The position numbers and the translations under genes were made by a program. The notes beneath the pieces are model-generated. The model did not search any database, was not told where the DNA came from, and was given only the letters and a program-made list of their open reading frames with translations. Shown piece after piece: positions 37,282-53,800 of a DNA stretch of 64,000 nt (its first letter is position 1; each line of letters starts with the position of its first letter). Source of the stretch: Paraspadella gotoi (lineage: Eukaryota; Animalia; Chaetognatha); NCBI GenBank assembly GCA_051294375.1, contig CM119269.1, positions 1,318,537-1,382,536 of the forward strand. Reading direction: 5' to 3'.

Positions 37282-37830
37282 TACTAATAAAAAATCGTTG
37301 ACGAACATTTCCAAACTTTGTTAAATCTCTATACTCAACGAAGCCGAAAGGATTAACACAATGGCTAATAATTAAATTATTAAATAAGAGGGGAAAAATT
37401 CTGTAAAAAAAGCTGCTGGAAAGCAAGCGCACCAGTTGTTATGATGTAAAGTATTCTTAATTTGTTATAACATAAACGTCAGGGAATTTTCTAACTAATA
37501 AAATGATAAAATATCAATTATATTTAGTCAGTTAAGAGTAATAACAAATCTTTTCATTTCACTCCGATTTGAAATCCGTGTATTTTAGTTGAAGTAAACT
37601 ATTTTTTTACATTTTTTTTGATGTACGAAATAGTGACAAAAAACTTAGAATATTGTGGCTATCGTGATAATTCAATCAGATTGTTATTGTTATTGTATTG
37701 TACTCGATTGTATTGTATTGACCAAAACTTAGATAAAGATTGTAAAGAATTATCAACTTGAAACAGTCGGTTTCACTGTGTGCATATTTTTTCATTATTC
37801 TTAGAGTTAGACGGTAACGCTCCTTAGTTG

Positions 37831-38095
37831 GAAGAGTCAGTCTTCTGTTCTAATAAGAAACTGGGAGGACCGGGGCAGCACCGAAGAGTCAGTCTTCTGT
37901 TTTAAAAAGAAACTGCGAGGACCGGGGCAGCACCGAAGAGTCAGTCTTCTGTTCTAAAAAGAAACTGCGAGGACCGGGGCAGCACCGAAGAGTCAGTCTT
38001 CTGTTCTAAAAAGAAACTGCGAGGACTGGGGCAACACCGAAGAGTCAGTCTTCTGTTCTAAAAAGAAACTGCGAGGACCGGGGCAGCACCGAAGA
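37831..38095. repeat. 52-bp minisatellite x5
   Basis: Unit gaagagtcagtcttctgttctaaaaagaaactgcgaggaccggggcagcacc starting at 37831, 37883, 37935, 37987 and 38039. Confidence 0.95.
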
Positions 38096-38906
38096 TATCA
38101 TCGCCAGGACGACACGGAAATCCGTTGTCCGATCATTTTTTGAGTCACGCCCTTTTGTTCCGTGACCCGGAATCGTTTTCATTGGCCAGAAGTCAAAAGG
38201 AGATTCCTCTCTTGCTTTCTTCCAACTTCCTTTTTCTCATTCTTTTCCTTCCTCTCGCCATTCTGACTTTCGTACATGGCCCCGAATGAGACTTCCGGTC
38301 ATCCGAGTCCCACCCGCAGCACCCTGACCATACCTCTTCTCCTCGTCTTTCCGGTCAGAGGGCGAGTGTCCCCTTCCTGAAATTTAATCAAACATGACGA
38401 GAAGGCGAATCTCGAGGGTAGGGTCATGCCCGTCGCGGTAGTGGCGGGATGGGCCGGGTGGGACGGACTGGAGCAAGGATGGAGGAGTGGATGGCAATAA
38501 AGGTGGAGCGAAAGCTCCATTCAAAATCCATAATGAAGTTTTAAAAAATCATAAATTTAACTAAAGCAGATTTAGGGTTGTTCGATCTATTTACGCAAAA
38601 GCTCTCACGAAATTAAATCCGACTCTACGTAGACTAGAATGGAGATCAGTCTATGGGCAAAGGTGGAGCAAAGAGACGACGGAATCTCGTCGGAAAATAT
38701 TTGAGTCGGAAACGTTTTCGGTCGGAGTTTAGAAATTAAACGAGATCAGAGCAGCAGAAACGCAAACTCTTTCTCTGTATCTCTCTCTCTCTCTCTCTCT
38801 CTCTTGCTCTTCCTCTCTTGCTCTCTCTCTATCTGTCTCTTTCGCTCTTTTTATTTGGTTTATTACTTTATTTTTACATGAGACGCTAAAAGCAGGGCAA
38901 GAATTG

Positions 38907-38959
<53 letters not shown>

Positions 38960-39601
38960 TCAATAAGGAATCCGAGACGTTTTTATTCGCGGTGCATGCA
39001 TCGGGAGAGAGGGGGTGGAAGAGAAAAGGTAAGGTTAAAGTAGAGTGAAGAAGGTAAGTCAAGAAAGATGAGTCAAACGGTCAAATGTTTGAGAAATAGA
39101 AAAGGAAAAAGAAAGGATTACATCTCGACCGATGACCATCGTCATCATCATCGTCATCCACGAGAAAATGTTATTTTACTTCGTCTGCATTTCGTCAAAA
39201 AGAGGCACCTGCTGAGAGATTCGATCCGCCGACCTTGCGACGCCTGCTCGCGTTTTAATCCGTCTTTGGCTGAAGAAAGTAAAAGTGTGAGAGGATTGGG
39301 GAATAAAAAAAGGAGAGGGGAGGTGGGGTGCGGGGGTGTGGGGTCTGTGTGGGGGAAGCAGTGGTATGTTTAGAAAGATCTTTTTAACAATTAATAAACA
39401 AAATAACTTATATTTGTTAGTTTGAGGAAAGTTAAGTGAACATTGTCTAAATATCGTTTCTACATCGATCTTGAAATTTGGGTCACTTTGGGTCACTCTA
39501 TCATTTTCTCTCTTTCCCTCTCACTTTGGTCTCCGTCCCTCTCGGCGTATTTTTTCGACCATTTGAAAAAAAGAGAAATAAACTATAAAGAGAAAATTAG
39601 G

Positions 39602-39648
<47 letters not shown>

Positions 39649-39889
39649 AAAAATAAAAAAATAAAAAAAGAAAGAAAGAAATCGAAAAATCAAAATATGA
39701 AAATTTTTGGCCTCCTTTAATAAGTGGGAACATTTTTTACTTTTTCTTTCTCCAGATGCGTAGAGAAAAAGGCATTAATATTTTTTTTTTTTAAAGAGGA
39801 AAAAATTAGATTCTTGATAGTCTTGGGCGAAGCTTTATTTTTGTGAGGAAGCGACGATCCTCCTTTGGCTGTCCACAAAACCATCCTAT

Positions 39890-39997
<108 letters not shown>

Positions 39998-41085
39998 AAG
40001 CCAAGGTAAGAGCCAAAAAATTCTACGTCCGAAGAATAGATCTTTAGTTTCTTTCCTTTATGCATCGCTTTATTTGGATTACATATTGTCTAAGTGATTT
40101 GTTTAACGACATATATTTTTTCACATTATGTTTAATTTATAATCACATTCATAGAACGACAGCTTATGTTAACTTAGTGTATTTTATCGACCAAATTTAT
40201 TTCAAAACGCTTTTTGTTTTAACTTAACTTAACTAACTTTAAGGTGGCGTTAGCAATTGGGGAAAAGGAAACAAAAAACATATCATTTTAAAAAATTAAT
40301 AACATTTTTTCTACACCTCGTCAGAAGTCTAATAGTAATTTTCAAATATACCGTTGAACTTAGATATAAATATAAATTAATAAAAAACAGGTTTTTTCTA
40401 ATCTTAAAGGTTTTGAAACTATATTATCAAATATTAAATTAAGTAATAGCGACATAAATTCTTCTTACGATTATAACGATTATAACGAAGCACGGTGACA
40501 TAAGTAATTTACGTACAACATTTGAAAGTCTCACTTCATATTAATATACTGAGCAGTGAGCAGTAAGCACCCTAAAATTAGATAAAACAATTCGAAATTT
40601 ATATGAGACGACAGCTCATATGTTTAAGATAAAAAATTTCGCGCTTTAAATCTTTTTTAAAAATGCTTACCTGTATTTAGTTGTACTAGTCTTTTTAACT
40701 ATGAAACTTTAATTTAAACAAAAATCAATTCATTAACTTGAAAGCATTGTTTGGAAGTAATTTTTTGGCAACATGGAAATTCAGAAGCCTAAATAATGTT
40801 TGACCAGTTGAAATTGGAAACCAAAGCAAACATTTTGTCCGTTTCTATCACAGAATAACATTTGTTTTGATAATTTTTTTAAAGTTTTCAGTCCTTAATA
40901 AATAAATAAAAATACGGGAAAGACAAATGAAAAGAATAAATTAAATTCAATCAAAAAGATTTTAGATTACATCCACAAGCAAATAGCAAAACAGGAACAT
41001 TATTTATCACGAGAAAAAGGGGGAAAAAATATTCATATAAAGTTTTAAAGTGTACTGCAATTTTAAGAAGTAAAGCCTTTTTTAA

Positions 41086-46418
<5,333 letters not shown>

Positions 46419-47610
46419 CTTAAAATTCAATTTAAATATTTCAAATGTTTTAATGTAGCTTTGCGCGTTGCCCGATAAACTTTGTCGTCATTGAGGATCG
46501 GTCGAAAGTTTTTGCTTTTCTCTCCAAATTAATCATGGTTTTTTTTTTTGTGTGTGTGTGTGTGAAGAGCGTGAACAGTATGAGGGAGAGAGAGAGGTAG
46601 TGAGAGGGAAGAAGGAGAGATCGTAGTGAAGACTTGTTTCTGTTTCTGAGGATCCGATTTTTTTCCCTCCAGCTTCTGGCGTGGCCGGGGGGGGGGTCGA
46701 GATTCTGTTATCGCAAATAGAATAAAAAAAAGAACCGATAATTACATCTTGAATGTTTGTTAAGCTTAAGGAATCATTTAAGAATTTAAGTTGCGATTGA
46801 TGAAAGCGATAACTGCGTATTTAAAAATTCTTTCTTTCTTTCTCTGGTGAGATGTATTCACTAGTCAACAACAAAATAGAAAGTAAAATATTTAGTTAAA
46901 TCTGCTGATCATCATTTTTTCAAAATCTCGGTCATATGGTACAGTTGTTTCTATCGGCAATGTTTTGCTCAAGCGGAAAATCTGGGAAGTACGAATAAAA
47001 ATTAAAAAGAGCGTGAATTTAGAACACTTTTTAGGTAGTTGGATAAAAATAAATTATCAAAAATAATAATTCAAAAATACAAATCAAATCTATTCGGAAT
47101 ATATTTTATACCGGGATGAGTGATGACAACCAAAAATAAATACTATTTTTAAATTGGCCAAGTTTCTACGAGAGAAGCATTTCGAACAAAAGGCAAACGC
47201 AGTCACTCTCTTAGATGAGAACCTTCGAGAATTTTCCAGATCTCAAAAAAAAAAGAGAAAACTCGTTTAAAAGCCGACGTCAATGAGTAATGATCATGAT
47301 GAAAATTTGACTCCAACAATCAAACTGACCATGAATCAACGCTGATTATAAACGAAGACTAATTTTTTTCATTATCCCGTGGTCTAATTTAATCTCGTTA
47401 CTCAACAATACCCATTTCTCTTGATTTCAGCGACTCTGTCAAAATTTCGAAATCGTCCGATTCATTTAGTTTTGGTTACGATCGGGCGACGCCGTTGATT
47501 CATCATCGTAAGATTCTGAACCGATTGGATTGACTGAATCAGCGTCATCCAAAGTTGACTCTTCCACGTTTATAACAAACTTACCTCCGCCAGTCAGGAC
47601 CGGTCCGAGC

Positions 47611-49732
47611 ATGTATCCCGAGAACCAACTCGCGAATTGGACTTTGTTTTTGATCTTCATTTTCGCCACCCTCGATTTTGACTCGATCGTGCGCCCAAGT
47701 GTATTTTCTCCTCGCGCTTTCTTTTCCTCCGATCTCATTCGCAAAGACGATTCTTTATTTCAAAATCTCCTCTCGACTTCCCTCTGGACATCCTCCACGC
47801 ATCGGTTTCCCCGAGGGGCGCCTATTTCAACGCCTCCCTACCCGCAATTTTACGCTGCGCGAGAAGATCCATCATCCATCCCGACTCTCCGTCAGTCCCC
47901 GCGCTTCGAGCAAAACAGTTCCCCATCTCCGCAAAAAGAGTCGACTTTTTTCGACGCCGAGAGTTCCACGTCTTTAAAAACCGGCGCGCCCCGTAAAATC
48001 GTCGCCGGCAATGGCGTCGACGCGCACGACGACGAAAAACTGTTGTCGTTCGTTCGAAGCCTCCGTCCGCGGCGTCAGTTCCGGTCGAAAGACGCCGTCG
48101 TCATGTTGTTGCTAGGCGACATCGATCTCAACCATAACAACAACCACAACGCCGGAAACGACGACGGCGCCGAGGCGTTCGACGAGCGGCTCGCCCACGA
48201 TCTCAATCTGGTTCCGTGGAATTCCGTCGGCAAAGAAGGTTCGCTCGCCGACTTTCTTTCTCTCGACGAAAATTTGATTTGGAACGATTTTCCGAGAGAG
48301 AATTGCGACTCGAACGATCGATCGTTCAACGATTTGATCGATTTCTTAGAATCCGACGACGGAACTTTAAAAGATAAGGACCCCTTTCTCTTCGATTTCG
48401 CTCCCGAGTCACTCGATCTCTCATCATCTCTCGACCTTTGTCCGACGGGGAAAAATTGTTCGGAAGTCCCGAGATCGAATCCGGAAGTAGTATTTCCTGA
48501 ATTCTCAGAATTAAACGGAACTCTGGGAATTACACGGACTCCTGAAAATATTCAGATTGCGTCATCTCCTAGCTATTCGAATCAACATGGCGCCTTGCGC
48601 AATATTGGGACAAAAAAATGTGACTCTCTAAATAAACTCGAATCTCCAGAAGACGAAGAAAATGTCGAAGATATGGAAGAATTTTTAAATTATTTGATGT
48701 CAAACCAAAACGATAAAAAACCAGAGAAAATTGTATTTTTTGACGAGAGCAGACTCCCTCTATCTGCTGAGGATGAGTCGACAAATCTGCTCAAAACCGG
48801 GTGGCCGGCCAAAGTGGGAACAAACTCGGGACCCGAAACGGACTTGGGAGCGACCTGGTCGGGAGCGTGCCCGGACCGATCCTCGTCGAGCAAGGATTCG
48901 GGCTTCAACGATTCTCGATCGACGGTGTCTTCTTCGGAGCGAATGAACTACACCTACCCGGACATTCTACTTCCCGAAGAAGCTTTCGAACGATCGTCGG
49001 CAGAAGGATCTCCTTTGGAAAGGCTCGACAGGAGCGTCGAGATGGTGTCGCCGATTGTCGAATGGAGAGGCCTCAACGACATCGCCGAACCAACTTTAAC
49101 GAACCACACTTACGCGAAGCTCAAACGCCCGGAGGAAAGAGACTCGAGCCCTGGAGGCGCCGAGCAAGCCCTGGAAACGGTCCCACCGGAATGCGACGAC
49201 ATGGACGTCGCGATCTCCGTGGAAGTCGAGGACAATCTCCGATCCATGTCACTGAGGGAAGAGTCGCGATTGATATCATGCTCCACCAGGATGTACAACC
49301 AAGATTCGGCGCGGGCCAAAGCACATGGGATCGACATTCCCGTCTACAAGTTGGTCACAATGAGCGTCGAGGACTTCAACGAGGCCTTGACTAGGGTGAC
49401 CATCGAACAGGGCGAGCTCATGAGGGACATTCGGAGAAGGGGAAAGAATAAAGTCGCCGCCATGAATTGCAGAGACAGAAAGATGAAGAGACTCGACACT
49501 ATGGCTGATGTGGTGAAGGAATTGGAACGTGACAACGCGAAACTGAGTGGCGGCGCTGTGGAAATTGAAGAGGAACTTGAGGCGATGAAGAAAAGGTGAA
49601 AGAGAAGGGAATGACGAGGATTCGCTCGGGTTCTTGTTTTTGTTTTTGTCTTGTTTTTTTATGAAGAAAGTATAAAAACATTTTTTTAAGATCAGATTAA
49701 AAATTCAAAATTGAAAAAAAATATCTAATTAA

Positions 49733-49825
<93 letters not shown>

Positions 49826-50247
49826 AAAAAATTAACTGAACAAACAAAAAAATTAATAGAAAAAAGAAAGAATAAAAAAGAAAACTTTTCCTTTTTAAGT
49901 CAAAATTAATTCGTTGTTAATAAAAAAAATTCTGCTATTTTACTCAACCACCGTTTTTAATGTGAAATGTTAAACTTTTTTTTTTCAGATACTACAAGAT
50001 ATACGACGAAGTTTTTTCGATGATGAGAGATGAATATGGTGACCCCCTCAGTCAAGAAGATTTTTTCCTATTTCATGATGAAACTGGAACCGTTTCACTC
50101 ACAGTGAAGTAAGTTCTGAGAATTTCAGATTGAAACTTAACGCAATTTTTTATTATTCTAACAAACTGAATACAATTTGATTTCAGAGACTCCAGCGAAC
50201 TTTTCCTGATGGATGATGGAACAAAACTAGAGAAACCTTTTGTCTAA
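47611..50247 (+). CDS. cnc: Cap'n'collar (Nrf1/NFE2L1/CncC-like) bZIP transcription factor
   Basis: Exons 47611-49595, 49989-50108 and 50187-50247. N-terminal hydrophobic segment WTLFLIFIFATL, DIDL motif, DSG motif, NHTY, CNC domain, basic region RDIRRRGKNKVAAMNCRDRK and C-terminal VFSMMRDEYGDPLS. The start ATG is inferred. Confidence 0.9.
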
Positions 50248-50836
50248 ACATGAACATGTCTAACCATAATACTTCGTTATAGAAGAAAAAATTGTATTGT
50301 TCTATGTCTATGCAGGCGTCTTACCTTTGTGTTGACAATAAACATATTCACTCTGAATAATGATACAACATAAATTTTAGCACAGTTTTGTGCATTTGTG
50401 TATATTTCAGAATATCAGACATGGAATAAGATGCATGCATACAACAGTTAAAACAATTTGTAAAATGTGATAAAAACAAAATACTAAGAACAAAAGCATA
50501 TACCTTCTCATAAAAACACTAGGGAAGAATGTAATGTAACAAAATAATAACAATTTTGACTAGTCGCATATTCTTGATTTGGCAAGAGAGGTTTGGAGCA
50601 ACTTGAAATTTCTCAACAACAATACATATTTTATGTTAAATAATGGCACAACAGTCAAAACTGTCTAATAATATACTATCAGTTGGATTCATTTAAAATA
50701 AATTAAAATTAATACACTGCTAAAATGAAATTTTAATAATTTTAAAGGTAAAACATTTTCTTTTTATTAGGTATAATAATGTTATAAAAATTTTTCAATA
50801 GTTAAAAAAACTTAAATACTATTTTGTTAGATGTCT

Positions 50837-53800
50837 CTAAATGTCCATTGTATAATATATTTCTGGAGCTCCATTATTTGGCAGGGATGATGGTGGAGTA
50901 ACACTACGTGGTGGCGGTTTTGGAGGTGTAGCTGCACGTTTTGGCGATTGTTCTAAATCAACTTTTACTTTTTGGTCGCTCTTGTTTTCATTGACCTGCT
51001 TGGTCTCATTCCTACTGGATTGAAAGGCGCGTTTTTCAAAAGTTTTCGCTGGTGACGCACAATTGGTATTAAGAGCCGCAGAGTTTGTCTGGCTTCTCAT
51101 AGCATTTGTTTTGATGGGTGAGGAAATGGAGGTAGTCATTACTTGGGATTTGGTCGTGGTTAGTGAATCAACGGAATTATTTGTTTGCGGCTTAAATGAC
51201 GCTAAGGATACACTTTCATGGGAAGAAGGCATTGAAAAAAGGCTGAGGTTGTTAGAAGACGCGACTTGAGAGGCGGCGCCACCTGGATAATCGGGTTCAG
51301 GTATTGCTTTTAAAATTGCTGCCGCGCCTTCGTCACTCGTGTTAACAGAGTTAAACGTCGACAATTCCGCGTATACAGGTTGATCTATTTCGGCAAAAAT
51401 GGGAGAGTTGGTTCCGCTCGAGGAGTAGAAAGAATGTGGTCTTTGTTTCAATAACATCTGATACTGAAGCCCGTCTTGTCCATGTTTCCGATAAAGATCA
51501 TTTACCGAGTGTAAAGATGCCCTTTTCATAACTTGCTGTTGGGTAGAAACTGGACCTCTTTGGGTGTTGATAGGATTTTGATAGTAAGAGAGCTGCGGAG
51601 GAGCCGTTTGTCTCATTTGTCCTTGTCGTTGAGGAGATAAAGTCCACCTTGGGCTTTGAGAACGGGGATTTGGAGGTCTCTGTGGAACTAAAATGTAATC
51701 TCCTTGATATTGAGCATTTTGTGTATTTTGACGTTGGTTTTCACTTAAAAACTGTTGTTTTTGCTGAGGAGTTAGACTCAAAAATCTATCGTTTTGCATC
51801 ATCGGTCGTTGAAAATTGAAATTATTTTGCTGTTTGGGCTGCGGTTTTGTCCCTGGATGGGGAAGAGTTTGTGACCTTGATCTTCCTCCCTGCTGAAGCA
51901 ATGCTTGGGCGGGGAGAGGCAAGACCCTTCTCAGCATCTTAGGTCTTGAGGGGCCGGCACTCAAAGACTTGGAATGCTGCTTTCCAGAGGAAGCTGTAAC
52001 AGCAACCACTTGATTATTATGCATTGGTAATGATTGTCTTGGATCAGTCATACGAACATAAGAAGATTGAGAGTTCTGAGGTATTATACTCAAACTATTA
52101 GGCATAAGCTGTAAATGAGTTGGTGAGTTTCCCAAGCTGTGAGGCCGAACTTGCAACCGTTCTTGTGCTGATTGTTTTTGACTGTATATTTGTTGACCGG
52201 GTTTGGATTGAATTTGATTTTTAAAAATTTTTGGTGATATGTTAGACTGTGAAGGTAATTTTAATGTACCATAACTTTGTTTGGACTCAGATAATACCTT
52301 AAGAATTTCAGCTTTTCTCTCTCTTTCAACGAGGGTTGATATATCACTATCAGATGGAATTCTGTTTGCAACTGTTAATTTTTTGGAGGACGTTACAGCG
52401 GGGGAGCCAGTGACAGGGTCTCGAGTTTTCTTTAATCTTTCTAAACGTCGTTGTCCTTCTTGAACAAATGATTCAAGTTCTCCAGCTTGGGAATCTTGGC
52501 CTTCAGGAGATGACTCTGAATCGCTCACTGAGTAGCCAATACTAACATTATCAAGACAAGCCTCAAAAGCTTCACTGTAAATATCTCCTTTTGCCGAAGG
52601 TTCTGTTTCTGTTGTGTTCGAAACCTTGCTGCTTTTGATTCCTGAAGATGCTTGAGAAGAAGCTGTTAATGAACCATCCTCCTCTACTCTAAGTCGTGGT
52701 ATTTGAGGAATCTCACTGTGCAATTTTGAGTTTGCATTTTGGCTGCTCATGTCCTCTTTTGGAACAGATTCATTAATGTTACTTGCTTTTTCCTGCAAAT
52801 TTGTTTTTAAACTTTCGTTTTCAATATTTTCATGATCTTGTACTGGCAAACTTTGAGAGTTTGAGGGCTTTTTCGGCTGTAGATCTAATAAATGGTCTTT
52901 TGTGAAGGCCTTTAGTTTAGCAAGATTTTGTAATGAGGGTTCACAATCAAGATTCAGAAGTTTATGCATCAAATCTATTTCTTCTTTTGAGTAATCTTTT
53001 TCCTTTAATTTTGACCTTGGGTTAGTGTATGCTTCAATACTTAATTTAGTCCTCCCATTTTGTTGGCCAACATTATCTAATACAGATTGGGGAAACAGAG
53101 ATAATTCCTCATTTTCTTTAGGATAACAATGTTGGTGTTCATTGTTTTCCGTGTACTGAAAGTTATTTTTTGTTGAATTATTTTCATAAGAAATTTTATT
53201 ATCGATCATCGCACGCATAGTGCTAGACTGCAATAAAGGTGCGGTAGCTAATGAAGTGATCATGAATTCATCACCAAAATTGTTTGTATCATTAAAATTT
53301 TCTGCTTTAAGGGACTCTATCATTTCCATCTCAGATTTTTGGCGTTGACTGGGAAGCACATGTGAGTTGGAAACCATCACCAAAGGATCCATGTTATCAT
53401 CTGATGAATCATCTGCATAAAACTCTAGAACTTCTGTTGGTTTTCCATAATCAACGGAAAACTTGACAGATTTTTTTGAGGAACTTTTAAAGGCAGATTT
53501 GCAGCAAGATTTTAAAATTTTTTGAGGGTCTGAGGATACTTTGTTTGAACCATTTGAGAGTGTTGGCGCGGCTGAAGCTGGGACTTCTGCATTTAGCCTT
53601 ATGTCGTTTACATTATTTAGGAATGGAGAAGTAATTATAGCTTTTTCATCAATGTACTTCAAGTAAGAAGACCCTTTCAGTTCATTTGACATTTTCACTT
53701 TACTTTGAGTAGCATGCTTAGACCCTGTAATATCTTGTTTCCTATCTTCATTGGATGCCTGCTTGTTTGATACTTGTGAGCTTAGATTTCTATTCCCTTC

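Larger units (their letters stand above)
35830..37320 (+). mobile_element. 5'-truncated Penelope-like element (GIY-YIG remnant plus pLTR with hammerhead)
   Basis: ORF 35953-36495 has the PLE linker SLREQLVKPKDK, GIY-YIG motifs SVYWAAC...YVGETGKSL..RF and WFTRGIREAIYI....PSLNRDGG, followed by non-coding sequence with a hammerhead and AATAAA. Confidence 0.88.

Noticed and set aside
37831-38095. Regularly spaced repeats resembling a CRISPR array
   Set aside because: Units are contiguous near-identical 52-mers with no unique spacers; the context is eukaryotic and there are no cas genes.
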